NCBI GenBank assembly: GCA_951406725.2 | Contig: OX597819.1 | Span: 52,638,001-52,702,000, forward strand | Origin: Octopus vulgaris | Lineage: Eukaryota | Direction of reading: 5' to 3' | Length of the DNA: 64,000 nucleotides | Position numbers and translations under genes: made by a program | In this document: positions 39,495 to 54,947 of the stretch, piece after piece | Position numbering within the stretch: position 1 is the first letter of the stretch | How the letters are laid out: each line of letters begins with the position of its first letter | Notes under the pieces: generated by a model | The model's database searches: none | What the model saw: the letters and a program-made list of their open reading frames with translations, nothing else | What the model was told of the DNA's origin: nothing

Positions 39495-39862
39495 TCATCA
39501 TCATCAACATTTAATGTCTATTTTCCATGCTGGTAAGGGTTGGAGAGTTTGATAAGAGTTGGCCAACCAGGTTCCAATTATCTGTTTTGGCATGGTTTCT
39601 ATGGCTGGCTGCCCTTCCTAATACCAAATACTTTACGGAGTGTACTAGGTGCTTTTTATGTGACATCAGCACTAGTGCTTTATACGAGGCACCAGCACCA
39701 GTGCTTTATCCATGGCACCAGCCCAGGTGCTATTTACATGGCCCCAGAAAGGGTGCTTTTTACATGGCACCAACAACAGGTGCTTTTTACATGGCACCAG
39801 TGCTTTTTACCTGGCACCAACACAGGTTCTTTCTACATGGCACCAGCATGGGTACTTTTTAC
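39495..39862 (-). mobile_element. Family C retroposon with internal ~21-bp tandem array (GTGCTTTTTACATGGCACCAGC)
   Basis: (CAT)n tail at ~39495; tandem units at ~39650-39860. Confidence 0.75.
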
Positions 39863-40643
39863 CTACAAACACTAACAATAAATAATAAGAGTGCATGATC
39901 CTCCAATCTGTGAAAAAAATTGTATTGCATGACACCAGACCACAGTGCAAAAAAAAAAAAGTTAGGTATCGCTGTAGTTAACTCACTTGACCATATCTCT
40001 CCATGTGTGCCATAGTAGGAACCAATGTCAGGTGTTGCATCTTGGAACAGTTGACTCCGAATCAAAGCCCCAGTCATGTAATGACTCCATTAAAGAATCA
40101 AAATGAATGACAGGTCAAGAGTTATAGCTTTCTCCTTTATGTTAGGAAGTCCCTCATTTCCCAACATTAGTACCACTGGTGTGATTATTGCACACTCCAA
40201 GTCTGGCTGATCAGCACTTCAAGACTGGCACGTATAGTATTGTAAAGGAGATTTAGAGTACAATAGATTCGAGAGTAACCACTGTTAAATACCAAATGGT
40301 AGTGAAACTAGGAATAAAAAATAGTCTTGTTTCATAGAGCACTTAGCATTATCCAAAGTCTAAAACTAACACACACATATCTTTTCACTTCATTGAAAAC
40401 ATGTTGCTTCTATGAAAAAAGTTGTCTTTCACTAGAGAATGTCCACACACATACACACGTGTGCTAGTACAGGTATACACACACACACACACACACACAT
40501 ATTTTACAAGCCATTACTTCTTGTTGACACACATATCAGATGAATGCGACATGTCAGTAACTATTTCCCTAATTTATCTCCTGCTTAATCCCAATCCTGC
40601 TTCAAGTAGTTCTTACTATCAAACACCGAATCTGGAATCTGTC

Positions 40644-40680
<37 letters not shown>

Positions 40681-41531
40681 CAGCGGCAGCTGCTCTTTAC
40701 TTAGTCATCAGCAACCAATTTCATGGCACTCTAGCATGGCCTCAGCTGTAATGTCTAAAACAAGCTAAAAACTAAACTTAGTCATCTCCCTTGTTACCAT
40801 CACCATCATACCTACCATCAGTAGCAGCCACCCAAAGTATAATATGTTTTCAAGATGTTTCAGTCACCTCTCTCAAAAACATTTGATATCATGAGCCAGC
40901 AAAAGAGAGGAGAGAAGGGAGATGGGGGGGGGGGGGTTTACAGTCTAGCATGGCTGTGTGGTTAAGAAGCTCAATTTGTGACCAAATGATTTTCGGGTTC
41001 AGTCCCAATGTATAATACGCCTTGGGCAAATGTTTTCTACTAAAACCCTGGTAAGGCTAAGCCTTGTGAAGTGAATTTGGTAGATGGAAACTGTGTGGAA
41101 GTACATCATGTGTGTAAGAGTGTGTGTGTGTGTGTGTGTATATATATGTATATGCAGATTGCTAGAAGAGACACTAGGCATCTTATACAATCTGCCTAGA
41201 CCACATCTCTACTAGTAGCTCATAACTAAATGATCTGAACATTGAACAATATTTATCTCTCACCAGATGGAGTACTTTTTTGTGCATATATATATATATA
41301 CACATGCATATATGGGTACAGGACATCTTCAACAGTGCAAATAACATGAAATATGTAAACAAACGAGTTAAATACATAAACAAGAAAAAATGGAAAACAG
41401 GACAAGTAAACACAGAGAAAGGACCCTTCATCAGTTGCCAGCTGTCTATCTACTCCACATTTCGAGCATTCAACGACAACATGAGTCTTCAAAGACAGTT
41501 GCCTCTCTCTCTCTCTCTCTCTCTCTGTATG

Positions 41532-41571
<40 letters not shown>

Positions 41572-41895
41572 TATGGAAAATGAGTAGCTTGTCAGATATT
41601 GTATGTAAGCTTATATATTGTACACGTGCATGTTTGTCTATCTTTTTGTCTGTGTTTGTCACCCGAGCACTCAGCCAACCCATCACTTGACAACTAGTGT
41701 TGGTTTATTTACATCCCTGTAACCTAGCAATTTGGCAAAAGAGACTGATAATATAAGTACCAGATTTTTAAAAAAACCATAAGTACTGGAGGGCAATTTG
41801 TTTGACTGAAAAACCTTGAAGGCTGTGCCCCAGCATGACCACAGTCCACTAACTGAAACAAATCAAAGATAAAAAAAAATAGCACCTTAGACTAA

Positions 41896-42294
41896 CCCTT
41901 TAGTATTCAGATTATTCTGACAAATGTATGGTTTATTTATCTGGATTTTTTTGCATTACTTATGCATTATCTTATAGCTTTGAGATGTTAATGATGTGAT
42001 TGTCCACTCTGCAAGGTGGCTGGTGTTAGGAAGGGCATCCAGCTGTAAAAACTATGCCAAAACAGACACAGAAGTCTGGTGCAGTCTTCCGCATGGCCAG
42101 CTCCTGTAAAACCGTCCAACCCATGCCAACATAAAAGGCAGACATTAATGCTGATGATGATGATCATGATGATCATGATTGTTTCTTCTTGGTAATACAT
42201 TGAAGGATAAGTGTGAGAGGCTGGATCAAACCAGTTTGAACATAAAACAGGTAGAATATTTGGGTTGGACACGGGTGGTTTAATTGCCAAAGGT
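41896..42294 (+). mobile_element. piggyBac-like MITE (family E) with nested family C copy
   Basis: CTAA|CCCTTTAGTATTCAGATT...GCCAAAGGT|TTAA, with an insertion at ~42005-42165. A partial inverted copy ends AATGCTAAAGGG|TTAA at 28191. Confidence 0.75.
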
Positions 42295-43069
42295 TTAAGA
42301 AATGCTAAGTTTGAGGAAGCGGAGGGGAGAGAGATTAAATACCCATACCTATCATGAGTCTTCATGGTCAGAACTGACTTAAGGTGCTACTTACTGAGGC
42401 GAGGGGGAAGGTAGTTGTTTTTAGCATCATTCAAACCATTACAATTAAAATGTCTTGAAGACCAATCCATAACATTTATTTATTTTTACATGCTATAACT
42501 TCCATATCACATAATCTGGAAGTTAAGCTTATAATCATTGTCCTCACAACCACCACCACCATCATCATCATCACTGTTACCATCACTCATTATTACCATC
42601 ACCACTGTAACCACCACCATTACCATCATCACCACTACAACTGTCATAATCACCACCACTACCATCACCACCACCATTATCACCATCATCCTCATTATAA
42701 TCGTCACCCTCATCATTGCTACTGCTGCTAATTTGAAGTCTGTACCAGTGTGGGTCGGTAACAAAAATAAAAGACTCAACCAACAGTAATCAACCACAAT
42801 AACAACCAGTATCATCATCGTGGTCGTCATAATCATGGCCATCATCGCCATCATAATCCTCAATCATCATCTGAGGAATAAAGGGGTTAATGCAAGGAGA
42901 CGTTTACTCATTAATAACATCATTGGACATTCTCTATTAAAAGACAGCTTTCGCATAGAAGCAGCATATTTTCCATGATAGCAGTGAAAACTGAAACTTA
43001 GTTGAAATTGAATTTCCATTTCATACATATGCATCCATATATATATGTATGTGTGTGTGTGTGTGTGTA

Positions 43070-43790
<721 letters not shown>

Positions 43791-46700
43791 ACACATAACT
43801 GTATACATAAATATATATATAAATATATATACACACACACACACATATAATGTACATATCCATTATATATATGTATGTATACATGTATGTCTGTACGTAT
43901 GTATCTATATATACATATATACACACACACACACACATATATATACATAGTCATATTATATAAATATATATGTATATATATATAATGTATATACAGAAGA
44001 CACATATATGTATATATGTATATGTGTGTGTGTATACATAAACACACACACACACACACACACACATATATGAAGGAATTCAATCAGTTAGCAGCAACAG
44101 AGAATTCTTGGGTTAGTAATTTCCTCCTATCAGCAGATAAAGAAGATAAAAGAAAAAGATCTTAAATCATCCATCAACACGTTTACTTCACTTCCCACCG
44201 AGAGCATTTGGTCAAGAAACGGCAAAGTTAGGCCAGAAATAAGTTCCATATCATTTAGTTACTTCCATTATTACAGCGAAAACTTTTTATCCATCAATGG
44301 CGCTCACATCAATATATTGTAGCATGATAGTCTTTGTTGCTAATAGCCAATATAGGTAATTGAGAGCGAGGAAAAGAGACAGACAGAGAGAGAGAAATGG
44401 GTGGTGAGAAGTAGAATGAAGTGTGTGTATGGGGAGAGAGAGAGAGAGAGAGAGAGGGATTTCAAATTTGCAAATAGTTAACCATTGTCCAATGAGGCAT
44501 TGTCAATAAGAATTTCTAACCATGAATAAATACTACACCTACTACTACTACAACTACTACTACTGCTACCACTACCACCATCGCCACCACCACTACAATG
44601 AAAACTATTAATACCACATCTTTAAAACTCAATAATATGTTGAAATGCAGGATATTGCCAAAGCTGGCAGTGAAAGCCTGGCCATAAGATAAATCATCAT
44701 CACCATCATCATCATCATCATTATTAGCATAGCTACCACCCACCACTGCCGCTGCTGCTGCCGCCACCATGGCCATCCATCATTATTACCATCATCATTA
44801 TTTCCTTTTAACATCTATGCTTCCATGCTCACATAGGTGGAATAGGTCAACCCTGTCAACAGTACAACAACAGTACTGAAGTGTAGTAACCAGTGAAAAG
44901 ATTTTATGGATGGGTGTCCTTCTTAATGCAAACCACTCTCTATTATATGTACATATACATGCCGGCATGTTTGCATATGTGTGTGTGTGCGCGCGCACAC
45001 ACATGCAAATAGGTGTATTAACACACACATACACACACACATGCATGCATACTTATACATAGATTATACGATAGAATTTATGAGGGAATTTATTATATTT
45101 TTAACATGAAATGAGTCAGTCATATTAGCTATGTAGTTAAATGACAGGACAGTTAACGACAGAGTTGTGAGTTCAAATGCAGCTACAGCCTATAAACATC
45201 TGCACATACACAGATTTTATGAGAGAATATATCACATTTTTAGCATGAAATGAGTCAGTTAAACTAGTCATGTGGTTAGATGACAGGACAGTTAACCAAA
45301 TAGTGCCAGAGTTCAAATCCAGCCATATCTTATATCTAGTGAAATCCTCTACCATAGTACAATTAAACAAGTTTCAAAACTCTTATAAAACTTGATATAA
45401 AGTTCTTTGTCTTTATATAATTCTTTTTTTTTTTTTACAAAAAACGGGAAAAAAAAATTTCTTTTTGATAACTTTTAGGAATCAAAATAGTCTTGATAAC
45501 TATTTTTAAATCTACAAGAGTAAGTCATGAATAAATACTAAACCAAGAATATTGCTATTATTACTACTATGAAAAGTATTACTGCCATCTTAAAGAGGAT
45601 GTCAAGAGGAAATGACCGTCTTGCCCTCATTACAAATTCACATACACATTAGCTTCTGACAACCAAACAAAATCACTTATGCAACATCTCATTTATTAAG
45701 AGAAGTAAACTTTAAAAATATATGGTGGGGAAGAACAGGCCAAAAAAAAAATAGAAAGAAAAAATTCCACATTTAAAAACAAACAAATAATAGCAACAAA
45801 ATAAATCAGAGGGATTTTGAGCTAATGAAGAAGCTACTCTGTGATGGCTCAATTGGTTAGAAAGACTAACCACATCAACTTCTAATCACTAAGAACCTGC
45901 ACTACCACCCCACCTACTTTTCATAGCTCCATCCCCCCTTGTTCCCTAGCATGAAGCTAACCCCATCCGTCCAGGGTTTGTAGTTCTGCAAGCTGCATAG
46001 TGCTGCATGGCAACCTCAATAGTGTGGGTGGCATGAATAAAGCACCCATTCCATGTTGTAAAGTGGTTGGCATTAGGAAGGGCATCCTGCCTTAGAAACC
46101 ATACTAAAAAAAAGAAACTGGACACATTGGATCCTGTCAAACTACCCAGCCCATACCAGCATGGAACACAGACATTAGATGATGGTGGTGGTGGTGGTGG
46201 TGGTAGTGGTGATGTATGTATGTGTGTGTATCTGACTGTCTGCCTGTCTATCTGTCACTGTGTCCTAGAGTTTGTGTTTATCTTCCCACCACTTGACAAC
46301 TGCTGCCAGTTTTGTTTATGTTGCTGTAACTTAGAAGTTTGGAAAAAGAAATTGATAAAATAAGTACCAGACTTCAAAAATATGCACTGGGGTCAAATCA
46401 TTCAACTAAAATCTGTCAAAGCAATGCTCTAGCATGGCCTTAATTCAGTGAGCGAAATGAGTAAAAAAAAAAAAAATTAAAGATACACAACACAGTGAAC
46501 CTAAATGAAAATGCATCTGCCTCTCACTAAATATTCTACTGAGTCAAGGCAGGAGCCTCAACATGGTTACATAACCTGTTAGAAATAGCAAGTATGGTTT
46601 GATAGTAAGTTTTATGCTTTCACTAATTGTTTTAAGTGTTCATGTCGTTGTGAGCAGTCATAAACCTCTTCTCAGGTCTCTCACTCTTGACCCAATGGAA

Positions 46701-49046
46701 AATTCAGGGTAAGACAGATGGTACTCATGACAAGCAGGAGCAATGTGAAACGAAGTGCCTTGCTCAAGGACATAATGTGTGACCCTGGCCAAAAAAAATA
46801 ATCTCATGATATTATTAACAGAAGTGAAACTCTCTAACCAGCGGGCCACATTACCTACACTTTGAAGATATACAGTTGACTGAATTGTTTCCTAGCACCA
46901 AATTGCTGGAACTTATTTCATTGATTCCAGAGTGAACAGACTTCAAAAGAAGGAAGTATAAGTTTGATGATGTATATAAAAAAGAGACACCATCAATCCT
47001 ATAGTCCAACTCTTTACCATTGTACCATTTCTACTGTAATATGAAAATTGAAAATAATAATAATAATAATAATAATAATTAACTAATGCCAGATTTTAAA
47101 CATCATTCCCAGAATTTTAGCCGGTTTCCAAATCAATAAGCTATGCTAAGTAAATTAGAATCCAATTTCTTTAACCAAACATCGCCAGCAATTGAAGGAA
47201 GCAAAAGATGCTTCAATAGCTGCCGATGTCTTTTAAACAAGGAACAATCAATGCCATGTCAGAATCAATATGGTTGGATTGTTTTTCTTTCAAAATACAA
47301 AAGAATGATTACTTTACAAGAAGCTGCCATTATCAGAAATGCTGTCTGAATGCCACCCCATCAGAATGTGGGGGGATGGGGGGGGTGCTCATGCACAGGT
47401 GTGTGTGGAGGGAGGGGTGCTGTTTTCCCTTTCTGTATCAAATTCATGTTTATACAAGCATCTGATATGGTTTAATGTTGAAATTTTAGCAGTTAATTAA
47501 TTCATAATAGCGAAGAGAATTATATGATATCAGATCAAAATTATGTGAAGATGGATGTATACATATACCCATATTCATATATATATATATATATACATAC
47601 ACACACACATGTATATATACATACACACACACACACACACATATATATACATAAATACACATGCAAACATACATATACACACAAACACACACATAAACAC
47701 ACACAAGATGGATCCAGCTATGTTATTCAATATTGCTTTCCAATCTTGATTTTACTTAACAATTATGGGCATGTAAACTGTGATAAATGAATCCTCACAA
47801 GTATCTTCATTAAGATCAGTGGTTGGCAGAGAGAGACAGGCATGGCCTGTCTACTAGACAATCAAGAACATCTACTTTTGGACTTCATTATGCCAGGTTT
47901 AAACCACTCAGAGGTCTACTCTGCCAATCAAATCTATAGTAGGAAAACAAGCAAATGAAGGAGCAGGGGCATACCTGAACATGGTCGTTTAATATGCTAG
48001 AAATAGTAGTAAAATTTTTCTCAAACCCAACAATGTCAGCTTTAGAAAGACACATTGGATAATGTAGTTTCTTCATTTAATATCTATCTACTTCTCCATG
48101 CTAGCCTGGACTGGAATTGGTTTTTGCAGTAAGATTCTTACAGTCAGATGCTCTACCTGCTGCCAACCCTCACCCATTTTTTAGGTCAGGCGTGGCGTTT
48201 TTATATACAAAACTACAAAGTAATGGCCATAAATGACCACATGGAATGTCAGCCACTGCTTCACTTAAACAGGGACAAGCAAAATATCAACATCCACATA
48301 CACAAGATGTGCTTACTACAGTTTCTAGCTACAAACTTTACTTACGAGTCACTGGTCAAACTGAGGCAATAAAAGAAGGCACTTGATCAAGGTACTGCAC
48401 AATGATGGAATTGAAACCAAAATCAAATGGCTGTGAAATGAACTTCTTAACCACACAGTCATGTCTGTGATGGAAGTGGGATGGATGTGTGAAAAGATGG
48501 GATGGCCATGATTGGAATTCCTTTGATTATAGGTCTGATAAATCATCACAGCTGACCTGGGACTAAATAAGAGTAACACAGACTCCCTGGACAAATATGA
48601 TAGTATTGACCAGACTAACGGATGTTGTTATACATCACTGGTCACACTGCGCTTCACATTGTTTTAGCTGTCAGATGATGACATCCCACTAGCTAGATGA
48701 GCAGGCCAACATTCCCCCGATCAGAAGACTATTCTGCCACAGGGTTACTCATTTACAGCTGAGCAAACAGAAGCAGCATGAAATGAAGTGTTTTGCTCAA
48801 GAATGCAGCACGTTGCCGGTTCTGGGAATCAAACTCATGATCTAGTGATCATGAGTGCAACACACTAACCACTAAGCCATGTGCCTTCACATAGACAGAT
48901 ATACCCCAATAAAATAAAAAGTTCAGTTTAGTTGATTATATCTGATTCCTTTTCCCATAATATCAACTTATTTATTAAATGAAAGAAATAATATTGAAGC
49001 AGTATTATTACTGCTCATTCTTAACAATGAACTTCAATCACAAAAT

Positions 49047-49078
<32 letters not shown>

Positions 49079-51725
49079 AGCGCATGATAGGCTTCTTTCA
49101 GTTTCAGTCTACAAATCTACACACAAGGCTTTAGTTATCCCAAGGCTATAATAGAAGACACTTGCCCAAGGTGCCATGCAGTAGGACTGAACACAGAACC
49201 ATGTGATTGGGAAGCAAGCTTCTCACCACACAGCCAGCCAAACCTGCACCTATACTTATTTAAAAATTTTTTTTTTTTCAGTCTGCAATCCAAAAGCTCT
49301 CTCTCATTCCACATAGAGTAATTAATCTTTTTTTAAGAGGATAACAGATATGAAGAGCAAAATGTTGCAATTAATTTGTTTGAAAATCAAATGGATGTAA
49401 GAACCCATAGTTGGGGCAAAACCTTGGGTAATTACAACTTTGAGCAAATTGACAAATGGGCATCTAGTCAAATATAACATTGCATAAATCTAAGCAGTGT
49501 TTAAAATATGGATCCCAATATTTTGCCATTAGCATATAATGCAGAATAAAATACACACACACACATATGTATACAAAGAGAGATGGGGAGAGACAGGTGG
49601 AAATGCAGTCCACCGTAGTCACTGGTAATGTAGTTGAAGGCGGTCAGTTTGCAAGAAGAGGTAAAGTAAAAGATGGACAAAAACATTATGACAGCACTTC
49701 AGCCATAATTCTAGGTGATGGATAGGCTTCCCGTGAATGTGTGAATGCTTGAGCACTTTTGTATGTGAGGGAATGAGTGGGTAAGTGAGAGAGAGAGAGA
49801 CAGACAGACAAACAGAGAATGAAAGAGATAGAGAAAAGAAAGAGCATGTGTGCAAGTTTGTGCATGCATATGTATCAGTGTGTGTGTGTGTGTGTATACA
49901 TATATGAATATATACACACACACACGCAAACAGCTACATACTGGTGCATACATAAATATACACAAACACACACAAAAGTACACAAACACTCACAATCAAA
50001 TACACACGCACACATACATATATTACATTTAACAGTTATTATCTGTTCATCATGTTATGCAGATAAGCTACTTAGAGAATGGCAGTGCCTGCCTTACCAA
50101 ATGTGAACTACACACACTGACACACATACACACACACACACACACAGATCAGTCCATAGACACACACACACAGACAGATAAGTATGTACACACCATACTG
50201 CAGCACTGAATTCCAAACGAAGAGCAAATAAGTTCAATCATTAACCATTTCCTACACTGACCAAAAGTGGAACCACTTTAGAGCTTAGGAGTTCCGACAG
50301 AAGCTTGACAAACATTAGTTTTTACACGAGAGAGAAGGAGAAAGTGGGAAGTTCAGCATGAGAGGCCTACTGGAATGGAAAAAAGACAAAAGGTGTTAAA
50401 AAAAAGACAAAAAAAAAAGAATCCGACATCAGTCAAGTGTGTGAACGACATTTTCGCTTCACTTCTCCAGAGATCACCATTGCTATCTCAAACAACTGGA
50501 GCCATGACATTCTAAGCTCAGTGGCATTTTAAATAATGCTGCTGGGCAACTGTATTGCATTAAGAGCACATCAATAGTTAAAGCCTTGAAATAGTACCAC
50601 CACAGCAGCTATTGACTGAAGAATCTACTCACCATTTTTAAATGTTCGTGGATGCACGTAAGTTTGTACATAAGTGTATACATGACTATGGATGTATGTG
50701 TATGTACTTATATGTTGGTATATGTGTGTGGGTGCGTGTGTGTACGCTGTATATACAATCACACACCATGCACATCTCTCTCCCGTTTTCTCTATATATA
50801 CACACACACTTATGGATATATGTATACGTGTGTGTATAGAATACCATTGTTAAAAAACAAACTGATGCTGATTATAATGGTGGTGGTGGTGGTGGTAGTG
50901 CTACTGCTGGCAATAATGATGATGACAATGATGAATGCCATAGAACTGTAGGCAAATAGAGTTTGTGACACGACTGAAATTAAGCTATTAGTGGCTGTTT
51001 TTCTTGATCACACCTTTTCATTTCACTTTGAATAACTGGCTTCGCACATGGGAAAGGCATGCATGTCACAACATTTATCCAGTCTTCCTTAAATGTCTCC
51101 CAGAGAATTCAGCATAAAACTTAGTGTCATTGTAAAAAGAAAGAGACAGAGCTTAATAGACAGATAGAGAGAGAGAAGGAAAGAGAGAGAGAGAGAGCTT
51201 GTTCAAGAAAACTTTGACATTCTTTGTTTACGACACTGGTCTCCATATACTACAGCATCTCTTACAATATATTTAATAATATTCTATTTTATTGATGCCT
51301 AACTAACATTAACAGTATATAGATTAGAGATGCGCCAATATATTGTGCATTTCTTTGTCCTACCACGTTAATGTTGGGCATAAAATAAAATAGACTATTA
51401 TTATTATTATATAGAAATTTAAAAGTTGTTGTTGCTGTTGTAATACACAGAAAGCAGTGTTCTCGAGGGAAAATAATGGAACTGCATAGGACAGAGGAAT
51501 AAACAACATGCCAACACCAAAACTAACACATTGCTAATCTATACAACTTGTAAAGCTTGAGAAACAATTTGGCAGTTTATCCACAGCCCAACCTCAACAC
51601 CTGACACCAAAACGTATGCATAAACATGCACTCACATATAAATTTAGCTGCTGGTTGAGTGTTTTTTTTTTTTTGGGGGGGGGGGGGGTTCAATGAAGAC
51701 AATACATAAAATATATGGTCGAAAA

Positions 51726-51770
<45 letters not shown>

Positions 51771-51867
51771 GACCCATATACATCAGTACATACACACATA
51801 TACATATGTATATGTATATGTCTCTATTTGCACAATATATGTTTGTGTATACACACTATCTATCTAT

Positions 51868-52233
51868 CCGCTCAGTCGACTCTCGGTTACTCTTTGGATC
51901 AGTGTCCTCCAGTCAGTTCTATCCTGGGCTGCTTTTTTCAGATTGGCTATATCCATTCTGGTATCCCTCTTCATGGTGTCAAGCCAGCGGGTTCTTGGTC
52001 AGCCTCTTCTCTTGCCACTGACCATTCCGAGCATGATGTCCTTCTCCAGGGGTTTTCTCCGCATAACATGACCGAAATATGCCAATCTATGCTTGGTGAT
52101 CCTAGCTTCTAGCGACATTTTCAGCCTGATCTGCTTAAGAACTTCTCCATTGGTGAGAGCCTCACTGTCCATGGAATCCATAAAAGCCTTCTCCAACACC
52201 AAAGCTCGAATGCATTAATTCTCTTCTGGCTGG
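51868..52233 (-). mobile_element. RTE (BovB-like) LINE, 5'-truncated and frameshifted 3' fragment
   Basis: Minus strand reads QKRINAFELWCWRRLLWIPWT, frameshift, TNGEVLKQI...RLAYFGHVMRR..LEKDIMLGMVSGKRRG*PRTRWLD...AAQDRTDWR. This is the classic RTE ORF C-terminus. It is followed by a (GATA)n tail. Confidence 0.92.
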
Positions 52234-52611
52234 TATACACACACACAGTCATAAATACAACACAATACATACATATATATCTATCTAATGTACATATATA
52301 AAAACATACACATGCATATCTATCTATATGCACAATAGATGTGCATATCTACCAACCTATCTAACAAATACATATGTGTGTGTGTAAAAGAGTTTTTTTT
52401 GAAAGAAAAGAAAATGTCTACATGTATGGTAATACTCAATGGAACAATGAGCCGCATGCTATCAGTGAAGGCAGAAGGGAGACAGACAAAATACATAATC
52501 CAAGCAATTCTATTTTTCATTGACAAATAATACCAGCATGGCAAAAGAGGAGCATCATAGATGATGATTCTTGCCTGCCTAGAAAATAACCTACACCTAA
52601 TCTAACCAAGT

Positions 52612-52910
52612 GGAGGCACATGGCCAAGTGGTTAGAGCAGCGGACTCGTGGTCGAGGGATTGTGGGTTCGAATCTCAGACCGGGCGATGTGTGTGCTTAT
52701 GAGCGAAACACCTAAGCTCCACGTGGCTCCAGCAGAAAGTAATGATGAACTTCTGCTGACTCTTTCGCCACAACTTTCTCTCACTCTTTCCACCTGCATC
52801 TTGCAGCTCACCTGCAACAGACCAGCATCCTGTCCAGGTGGGGAACCTATACGCCAAGAAAACCGGCCCTATGAACCAGGCGTGGCTCAAGAAGAAACAC
52901 ATAACAGCAA
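52612..52910 (+). mobile_element. SINE family D with ~13-bp TSD
   Basis: GGAGGCACATGGCCAAGTGGTTAGAGCAGCGG...GGTTCGAATCTC. TAATCTAACCAAG at 52598-52610 versus TAACCTAACCAAG at 52911-52923. Confidence 0.9.
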
Positions 52911-54659
52911 TAACCTAACCAAGCAAAGAATTTGTATCAGTTGCAGTAGTTACATTAGTAGCCACTAGCACGCTAAAACTCTACCATTATGTACTGCACA
53001 AAGAGAAGATTTGGAGAAATATGTAGATTTTGTCTGGCACATGTTGGTATTAAATATCAGGTATTAAACGAGATGGTGACGATGATGATGAAGAATGATA
53101 ACAAAGATGACTATGATGGCAGCGGTGGCAGTGACGAAAACGACGACAATGAAGGAAAAGATGAGGAAGAAGATGGTGGCAAAAAACAACAACGAAGACG
53201 ACGAAACCCTAATTGAGTTATTGAATGTCGCAAACTTGTTAATGGGTGGGAAAAAAAATAATTTACATTGCAAGTTGGTGTGAAGAGACAAGAGTTAACA
53301 ATAAATAAATACATGAAATAAAAACTAAAAAAAAAACAAAAATAAAACTCATCGAATTATAATGAGGAAAAAGACTAAATAGTTTTACCAGTGATGTAAG
53401 GAAATATAGTTTTGTCTATAAATAGGAGGAAACCCACAAATAAGATAATTTACTCAACTGAAAGATGAAATGATTATACATAAGGAGAAAATAGAAGAAA
53501 AAAAAAGTAGAAGAAATCACACAAAATAAAACTAAAGAACAAAGAGCACTTATCTCCTTAAGAAATAAATTGGAATATAAGAGAAATTAACAAGACATCT
53601 GGAGTGTGTTATGGAGGAAGGAGTAGAGTGAGGGAGGGGCGGCAAGAATGAAGCTCAAAATACTAAGAGAAACAACAGTTGTAAGTGAAATTAGAAACAA
53701 GCAACTAAACGAGTATTGAGAAGGCGGCGGAGAGAGAAAGAGAGAGAGAGAGAGAAATGCGTAAAGGGAGGCGGGGGGAACAGACAGAGATTGATTACAT
53801 ACAAAATCTTTGAGACTTGTGCAAACATGTACTTAAACAGAAGAAAAAAAAATAAAATAAAATACTTTAAAAAATACGAGAAAAATCAACAATGAGAAAA
53901 GAAATATATATAAACACATAGTTGAAAATATAAGCAAAGAAACAAAAAGCAAAAAAAGACACGATTTTGTTGCGGTTGTTGTCGTCTCTTAGATCAAAAC
54001 GGTAAAGCAGTAAAGGTACTTGAACAGAATGAACATGGTACCTCATTCATAAATAACACTCAAGACCTAGAATAACATAATGCATAGTTATGCATTACAT
54101 GTGTTGTCTGTGACATGCTTATTTCGGTAAACAGCTACTTCAAACTACATCAGTAGTAACTACAGCACACTGTAGTTTGACTGTGGTTTAATCAAGATGA
54201 CTTGAATCTCAGAGACAATGTGTAAGAAGCTTCTCTCTTTCCGTGCCTGAGTGTAGTTAAGAAGTTCGCTTTGCATCCAGGTGGACTGCAGGTTTGATCC
54301 CACTGCATGGCATTGAGAGCAGGTGTCTTCAACTATTGCCTTGAGATGACCAATGCCTTGAGCATAGAATTGATAGACGGACAATAAAGGAAGCCAGTCA
54401 CATGTGTGTGTTCAAATGTGCGGCTTTTAAATGTTTGTGTGTTGTGTAAAAACAATTCCACTGCCTATGTAGTGGTGTCTTTCTTTACAGTCTGTCACGA
54501 AAACATGTCCAGCCACTGAGCTGTTCCTTGTGGAAAAGAACTAGGGGAAATAGTACTTCACTCGGACACAAATGAGAGCTGGGGATGTGAAGAACAGAAA
54601 ACCATAGGAAATATGCTTGAATAACTTGCATCTTATTTATGCCAACATAATAAAATAGA

Positions 54660-54947
54660 CACCTCTGCTATCACCTTGGTGGCAATGACAGCAATAATAC
54701 AGATTTCTATTGAAGAACCTGGTCTATGTGTTTTAATCTACCTTGAAAATTAACAATATAGGATTCTACTGTTCACAATGAATCTTAAGAAACAAAATCC
54801 CCATATAAAAGCAGTCACAAGGCCAAACATCCCTGAAAGTTTCACCTAAATCCATCCAGCGATTTTTGAGATATCTTGTCCGTGGACAAATAAACAAACA
54901 AATACAACTGAAAACAACACCGCTGCCTTTGCTAAGGCAAGGTAATA
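54660..54947 (-). mobile_element. Helentron-associated (HINE/DINE-like) non-autonomous element
   Basis: Minus strand starts TTATTACCTTGCCTTAGCAAAGGCAGCGGT (hairpin), then a (TGTT)n-like tract and AAGATATCTCAAAA..GCTGGATGGATT...GAAACTTTCAGG. Layout recalled for HINEs. Confidence 0.55.

Noticed and set aside
52612-52690. tRNA-like sequences with A and B boxes (also ~6946, 15230-15298, 18360)
   Set aside because: They are SINE heads continuing into SINE bodies; no complete cloverleaf and terminator.
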